Origin: Candidatus Krumholzibacteriia bacterium
GTDB lineage: Bacteria; Krumholzibacteriota; Krumholzibacteriia; WVZY01
DNA length: 10,578 bases
Direction of reading: 5' to 3'
NCBI GenBank assembly: GCA_036478295.1
Contig: JAZGDW010000018.1
Span: forward strand, 1-10,578
Shown: one piece after another, positions 6,399-10,578 of the stretch
Layout of the letters: the number at the start of each line of letters is the position of its first letter
How positions within the stretch are numbered: the stretch's first letter is position 1
Program-made: the position numbers and the translations under genes
The notes under the pieces: generated by a model
Database searches by the model: none
What the model saw: only the letters and a program-made list of their open reading frames with translations
Told to the model about the DNA's origin: nothing

Positions 6399-7591
6399 CG
6401 TTCGATTTCCACCAGTGATCGGTAGACGTCCATCGTCTGCCGCACGACGGTATCTTCCGAGAAATGTCCGATGACCAGCTCGCGCCCCTTTGCACCCATG
6501 TCGGCCCGCATCGCCGGGTCGCGCGACAGGCGCCGGATCGCGTCGACGAGCGCGCCGGGGTCACCGGTGGGTACCAGCAAACCGTTCTCGCCATCGCGGA
6601 CGATTTCGCGGCACCCGGCGGTATCGGTCGCAATAATCGGTCTCCCACAGGCCGCCGCCTCCAGCAGGCACTTGGGGACCCCTTCACCGTAAGTCGTCGG
6701 CAGAACGGCGATGGCCGATCTTGCCCAGATATCGGCGACGTCGGTGCGATGCCCGAGCCATTCGACATGGCCGGCTTCCTGCCACGCGGTCAATTGGGAT
6801 TCGGGGATCGATGCCGGGTTTTCCGGATCCGGAGAGCCAACTAGCAAAAAGCGCACGGGCTCGCCGGCGCCGCGCAGGCGCTTCGCCGCTTCGACCAGGT
6901 CTCCGACGCCCTTGTTCCACAACATGCGGGACACCATCGTGACCACGACATCGTCGGGCTGCGGGCGGGGCACAAAGTGTTCGACGTCCACACCCGAACC
7001 CCGGATCAACACCATCTGTTCCGGGCGCGGTTTGCACAGCGCCGCGAACAAATCCCGGTCGTCGGGGTTCTGCAGGATGATACGAACGTTCGGCCTCTTG
7101 AGCAGCGAGCGGAACGCCGCCTTGAGGATCCCGCCGAGTATCCTCGCCTTCCACTGGCGCGACGTAAACACGTAGCCGAGCCCCGCAACGGTGTTGACGG
7201 CCGCCGGCACGCGGGCCAGGCGCGCCGCCACCGAGCCGTAGACCGCCGGTTTGAGTGCAACATGGTGTACCAGGTCTGGTTTTTCGTGGCGGTAAACACC
7301 GGCGACTTCGGCCACCACCCGCAGCTCACGCCACGGGTGAAGCGAGCGCCGCTGCCAGCGCAGCGGAACGAGCCGAAAGCCTTCGTCAGTAATCTGCGTT
7401 CCGTGATCTTGTACCCGCGTGGCCACGACGACCTCGAAACCGGCATCGCGTGCGGCCCGTGCCACGGGCAGACGATGGGAACAAAAATACCAGTCTTCCG
7501 TCACGAGATAAAGGATTCGGGGTCGCGGCCTTTCGCCGGCCATGGCGCGCGTCGACGCGCTCGACGTTCTGCCTGTGCTCGTCATCATCAT
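6395..7591 (-). CDS. Glycosyltransferase family 4 (GT-B, CapM-like)
   Basis: Motifs LVTEDWYFCSHRLPVARAA, PDLVHHVALKPAVYG, QNPDD, IRGSGVD, SRMLWNKGV, YGEGVPKCLLEAAACGRPII (EX7E) and GENGLLVP. The start is uncertain: ATGs at 7591/7588/7585 just after the asnB stop, or ATG 7543. Confidence 0.92.
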   Translation of the reverse strand: MMMTSTGRTSSASTRAMAGERPRPRILYLVTEDWYFCSHRLPVARAARDAGFEVVVATRVQDHGTQITDEGFRLVPLRWQRRSLHPWRELRVVAEVAGVYRHEKPDLVHHVALKPAVYGSVAARLARVPAAVNTVAGLGYVFTSRQWKARILGGILKAAFRSLLKRPNVRIILQNPDDRDLFAALCKPRPEQMVLIRGSGVDVEHFVPRPQPDDVVVTMVSRMLWNKGVGDLVEAAKRLRGAGEPVRFLLVGSPDPENPASIPESQLTAWQEAGHVEWLGHRTDVADIWARSAIAVLPTTYGEGVPKCLLEAAACGRPIIATDTAGCREIVRDGENGLLVPTGDPGALVDAIRRLSRDPAMRADMGAKGRELVIGHFSEDTVVRQTMDVYRSLVEIER

Positions 7592-7593
7592 TC

Positions 7594-9504
7594 TCACACA
7601 GCCATGTACCGCTGCCACCACGATTGAAAAACAATCAGGCTCCACACCTGGCGCTCGATGTCGCCGGGGCGCCGGCCAAACAGACGGCGTTTTACATCGC
7701 GGACAGCGCCGACATCGAAAATGCCCTGCGCTTCCACGAAATCGTCATCGAGCAGGTCGTCGCAGATCATCGAACGAAGCTCGGTGCGGAACCATTTCAT
7801 GAGTGGTACATCGAACCCGTGTTTGCTCCTCCGATACAACGCCGGCGGCAGCTGCGACCGGAATGCGTCCCTCAGGATTCGCTTGGTCATGCCCCCGCTG
7901 ATCTTGTACTCGGGCGGCAGCGTAAAGGCCATCCCCACGACGTGATGGTCCAGAAACGGCACCCTGACCTCGAGTCCATGGGCCATCGACATTCCATCCA
8001 CCTTACGGAGCATGTTGTTGTGCAGCACCAACTGCGTGTCTGCGTAGAGCACGTCGTTCAGGTCCCCATCTTCGCCGATGCCGGCGAGCACGGCCTCTCG
8101 TCTCTCATCGAACGCTTCCTCCTCTTGCAAGCGCCCGAAGCGCTTGCGCGAGGGTGCGAGAAGCGCCAGCACTTCATCCGCCTCGGTGAACGAGCACCAG
8201 CTCCAGTAGCGCTCCCTGGCAGAAAGCCGCGCGCCGCGTGCAAAGCGGTGCAGTTGCCGCAGCTTGTTGCCCCACACTGAATCACGGGACCATGGCACCA
8301 TGGCGAGCAAGGGCGCCGAGCGCTTCACCATGAATGCGGCCGGTCCTCCCCTGCGGACTCTGAATTCCCCGAGGTGCTTGTTGTACCCGCCGAACAGCTC
8401 GTCGGCGCCATCGCCCGACAGCGCCACCTTGACGTGCTCGCGCGTGCAGCGGCTGAGTATGTAAACGGCGAGTGCCGAAGGATCGGCGAACGGTTCGTCC
8501 GTGTATTCCAGCACTCCCGAGAGGCACTCGTAGAGCTCTCCGCTGGTCAGGGGAAAGGTCGTGTGGCGGGTGCCGCAGTGATCGGCGACCAGCTGCGCGT
8601 ATTTCGACTCGTCGTAGAGCGGATTGTCACGGAACCCTATGCAGAACGTATCCAAACGGTCAACATGACGCGCGGCCAGCGCTACAATAATAGAAGAATC
8701 AATTCCCCCGCTGAGAAACGCTCCCAGCGGGACATCGGAAACAAGGCGGCTGCATACGGACGCCTCTAATGTCTCGACCAGCTTCGCCTGAACCTCACGG
8801 TAGGACCCGTTTGTGGAAACACCTTTCTCGAAGGGGATTTCGTAGTATGAGGTCTCGCTCACCCGTCCGTCCTTGACGCGGAGATATTTGCCGGGTTCCA
8901 GTTTGCGGACGTTTTCAAAGATCGAATACGGCGCCGGAATGTAGTTCAACTGCAGGTACTGGTACAACGAAACGTTGTCTAGTTCGCGGGGAAAAGGAAA
9001 CTCGGCCAGGGACTTCATCTCGGACGCGAAAATGAAATGGTGCCCGTCCTGATAAAAATAGAGCGGCTTTATTCCCAGCCGGTCTCTCGCCACGAACAAC
9101 GAGCCATCGACCCGGTCATAAATAGCGAACGCAAAGAAACCATTGAGCCTGCGAAGAAACGACGGACCCTCCGCGGCAAAGAACTTCAACACCACCTCGG
9201 TGTCTGACTCTGTGTCGAATGTTACGCCACGCGCCTCGAGTTCCCTCTTGAGCGAGCGAAAATTGTAGATCTCGCCGTTATAAACGATGGTGTACCGGCC
9301 TGATTCACAGCTCATCGGCTGGTTGGCCCCCGGCGATGGGTCTATGATGACCAACCGGCGGTGACCCAGCCCCACCCCTTCATGGTAAAACGTGTCCCGA
9401 TGGTCGGGTCCTCTGGACCGGAGTCTGTCGGTCGCCGCTTCCAAACGGTCGAGCGAGGCCTTTCCCCGCTCGTCGAATGCCACGACACCTGCTATGCCAC
9501 ACAT
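7594..9504 (-). CDS. asnB: Asparagine synthase (glutamine-hydrolysing) family amidotransferase, probably glycan-amidating given the context
   Basis: Ntn N-terminus MCGIAG, plus RGPD, GHRRLVIID, NGEIYNF, SDTEV, ARDRLGIKPLY, the PP-loop FLSGGIDSS, ALSGDGADELFGGY, LEVRVPFLD and KHGFDVP. Confidence 0.95.
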   Translation of the reverse strand: MCGIAGVVAFDERGKASLDRLEAATDRLRSRGPDHRDTFYHEGVGLGHRRLVIIDPSPGANQPMSCESGRYTIVYNGEIYNFRSLKRELEARGVTFDTESDTEVVLKFFAAEGPSFLRRLNGFFAFAIYDRVDGSLFVARDRLGIKPLYFYQDGHHFIFASEMKSLAEFPFPRELDNVSLYQYLQLNYIPAPYSIFENVRKLEPGKYLRVKDGRVSETSYYEIPFEKGVSTNGSYREVQAKLVETLEASVCSRLVSDVPLGAFLSGGIDSSIIVALAARHVDRLDTFCIGFRDNPLYDESKYAQLVADHCGTRHTTFPLTSGELYECLSGVLEYTDEPFADPSALAVYILSRCTREHVKVALSGDGADELFGGYNKHLGEFRVRRGGPAAFMVKRSAPLLAMVPWSRDSVWGNKLRQLHRFARGARLSARERYWSWCSFTEADEVLALLAPSRKRFGRLQEEEAFDERREAVLAGIGEDGDLNDVLYADTQLVLHNNMLRKVDGMSMAHGLEVRVPFLDHHVVGMAFTLPPEYKISGGMTKRILRDAFRSQLPPALYRRSKHGFDVPLMKWFRTELRSMICDDLLDDDFVEAQGIFDVGAVRDVKRRLFGRRPGDIERQVWSLIVFQSWWQRYMAV

Positions 9505-9519
9505 CGCTGCACGCTTTCG

Positions 9520-10578
9520 TCAGGTGGACACGTTGCTCAAGGTGGCGAGAAAAGCCTGCGCGTTACCTGCCACCGAGTAACGCGACTCCACTTTGCGCCG
9601 TCCCGCGGATCTGAATGTCTGCCGCAGATCGCTGTCGCTGAGAAGACGGGCAAGGTTCGATTTCCATTCCTTCACATCAGTGCACAACAATCCATCCACG
9701 CCGTGGTCGATGATGTCGGTGTTTACACCGACCGCAGACGCCACGGTCGGTATTCCCAAAGCCATGTACTGCAAAATCTTGAAACCACACTTGCCGCGCG
9801 CCCATTCGGTGTCCGGCAGCGGCATCAAGCCGATATCCAGCGCCAGGAGATCATCGATCTCGGACTCCTTGTTCCAGCGAACGAACTCGATGATATCCGT
9901 ATCAAAACGCGGTGGGTGGTCGGCGATAACCCGGATGGTAAAACCGAACTCGGACCGCAGGTGGCGCAGAACCGGCATCAACGGTTGCAGGTGCCCGATG
10001 GTGGAGTGCGTTCCCGTCCACCCCACCACCCGGACACTGCCCGCTTCACGCATGGTAGCGTGGTAGTTCTCAGCGTCCACCACCGTCGGGTTTACGACTA
10101 CGTCGCTGTTATGGCGGCGCGCGAAACCTGCCAGAAACTCGTTGCCGCAGGAAACACGGCTGCTCCACCGGCAGATGCGGCCGACCTTCGAATGCCATCG
10201 AAGTCTGCCCGCGAATGGGTTGGCGCCCGATGCGTGGCACATCCAGATGGCATCGTCGAAGTCGTAGACGGTTCGTTTCTTGAACAGACGCGTGACGATC
10301 CACTCGAAAACGGGAGGACCCACAGGCGCCATCTCCCTGTGGATGAAAACCAGTTCGTAGCGCCGCAGCCGCGCCAGGAGCCGCAGCCGTCCAATGAATC
10401 CCCGCACAAGACCAATCAGCTTGGAGAACCGTTTGCCCTTTCGGTACAGGATATTCCACGATCTGTGGTCCCAGAACGGCAGCGAGTCGAACTCCATCCT
10501 CTCCAGCGCTAGAAGGGGAAAGTACTGTTCGAATCTAAAACGCTGGCTCGCCGCCTGACCCAAAGGATAGGGAGTGAC
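9520..10578 (-). CDS. Glycosyltransferase family 4, partial: start lies beyond the right edge
   Basis: The frame is open to the window edge (VTPYPLGQAASQRFRFEQY...). Motifs include VYDFDDAIW, VGWTGTHST, DIGLMPLPDTEWARGKCGFKILQYMALGIPTVASAVGVNTDII and DGLL. Confidence 0.92.
   Translation of the reverse strand, partial: VTPYPLGQAASQRFRFEQYFPLLALERMEFDSLPFWDHRSWNILYRKGKRFSKLIGLVRGFIGRLRLLARLRRYELVFIHREMAPVGPPVFEWIVTRLFKKRTVYDFDDAIWMCHASGANPFAGRLRWHSKVGRICRWSSRVSCGNEFLAGFARRHNSDVVVNPTVVDAENYHATMREAGSVRVVGWTGTHSTIGHLQPLMPVLRHLRSEFGFTIRVIADHPPRFDTDIIEFVRWNKESEIDDLLALDIGLMPLPDTEWARGKCGFKILQYMALGIPTVASAVGVNTDIIDHGVDGLLCTDVKEWKSNLARLLSDSDLRQTFRSAGRRKVESRYSVAGNAQAFLATLSNVST

Noticed and set aside
7547..7560. 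Perfect 14-bp palindrome GCGCGTCGACGCGC near the GT4 start
   Set aside because: It is a single CG-rich copy in GC-rich DNA, inside a probable coding N-terminus, with no supporting context.
7592..7645. Track start of the GT4 ORF at 7645
   Set aside because: It would overlap the conserved asnB C-terminus by ~50 bp. The ATGs right after the asnB stop are more plausible.
233..10512. Many long plus-strand ORFs (e.g. 233-850, 2300-3034, 3656-4495, 5487-6239, 7450-8280, 9361-10512)
   Set aside because: All are antisense to well-supported minus-strand genes and lack family motifs. They are typical antisense shadows of high-GC codon usage.

Overview
GC-rich bacterial DNA carrying one minus-strand gene run for cell-surface glycan and lipid-carrier metabolism. 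In transcription order (right to left): a GT4 glycosyltransferase (5' end outside the window), an AsnB-type amidotransferase, a CapM-like GT4 glycosyltransferase, a WbpV/WbpK-like NAD-dependent epimerase/reductase, a 931-aa fusion of a WecA/WbpL-type phosphoglycosyltransferase to a full-length WbpM/PglF/CapD-like protein whose dehydratase motifs appear lost, a UbiA-family decaprenyl-phosphate phosphoribosyltransferase-like gene, a ~200-bp intergenic region, a DUF362 gene, and ispE (3' end outside the window), which overlaps the DUF362 stop codon. Three things stand out. (1) The transferase/pseudo-dehydratase fusion. (2) The UbiA-DUF362-ispE trio, a candidate polyprenyl-phospho-pentose pathway with no DprE1/DprE2 genes in the window. 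(3) A candidate sigma70 promoter followed by about three tandem 34-nt repeats, each able to form a hairpin with a GGAGAA/GAAGAA loop and showing a compensatory base-pair change. All family calls come from motif recognition by eye, with no database searches.
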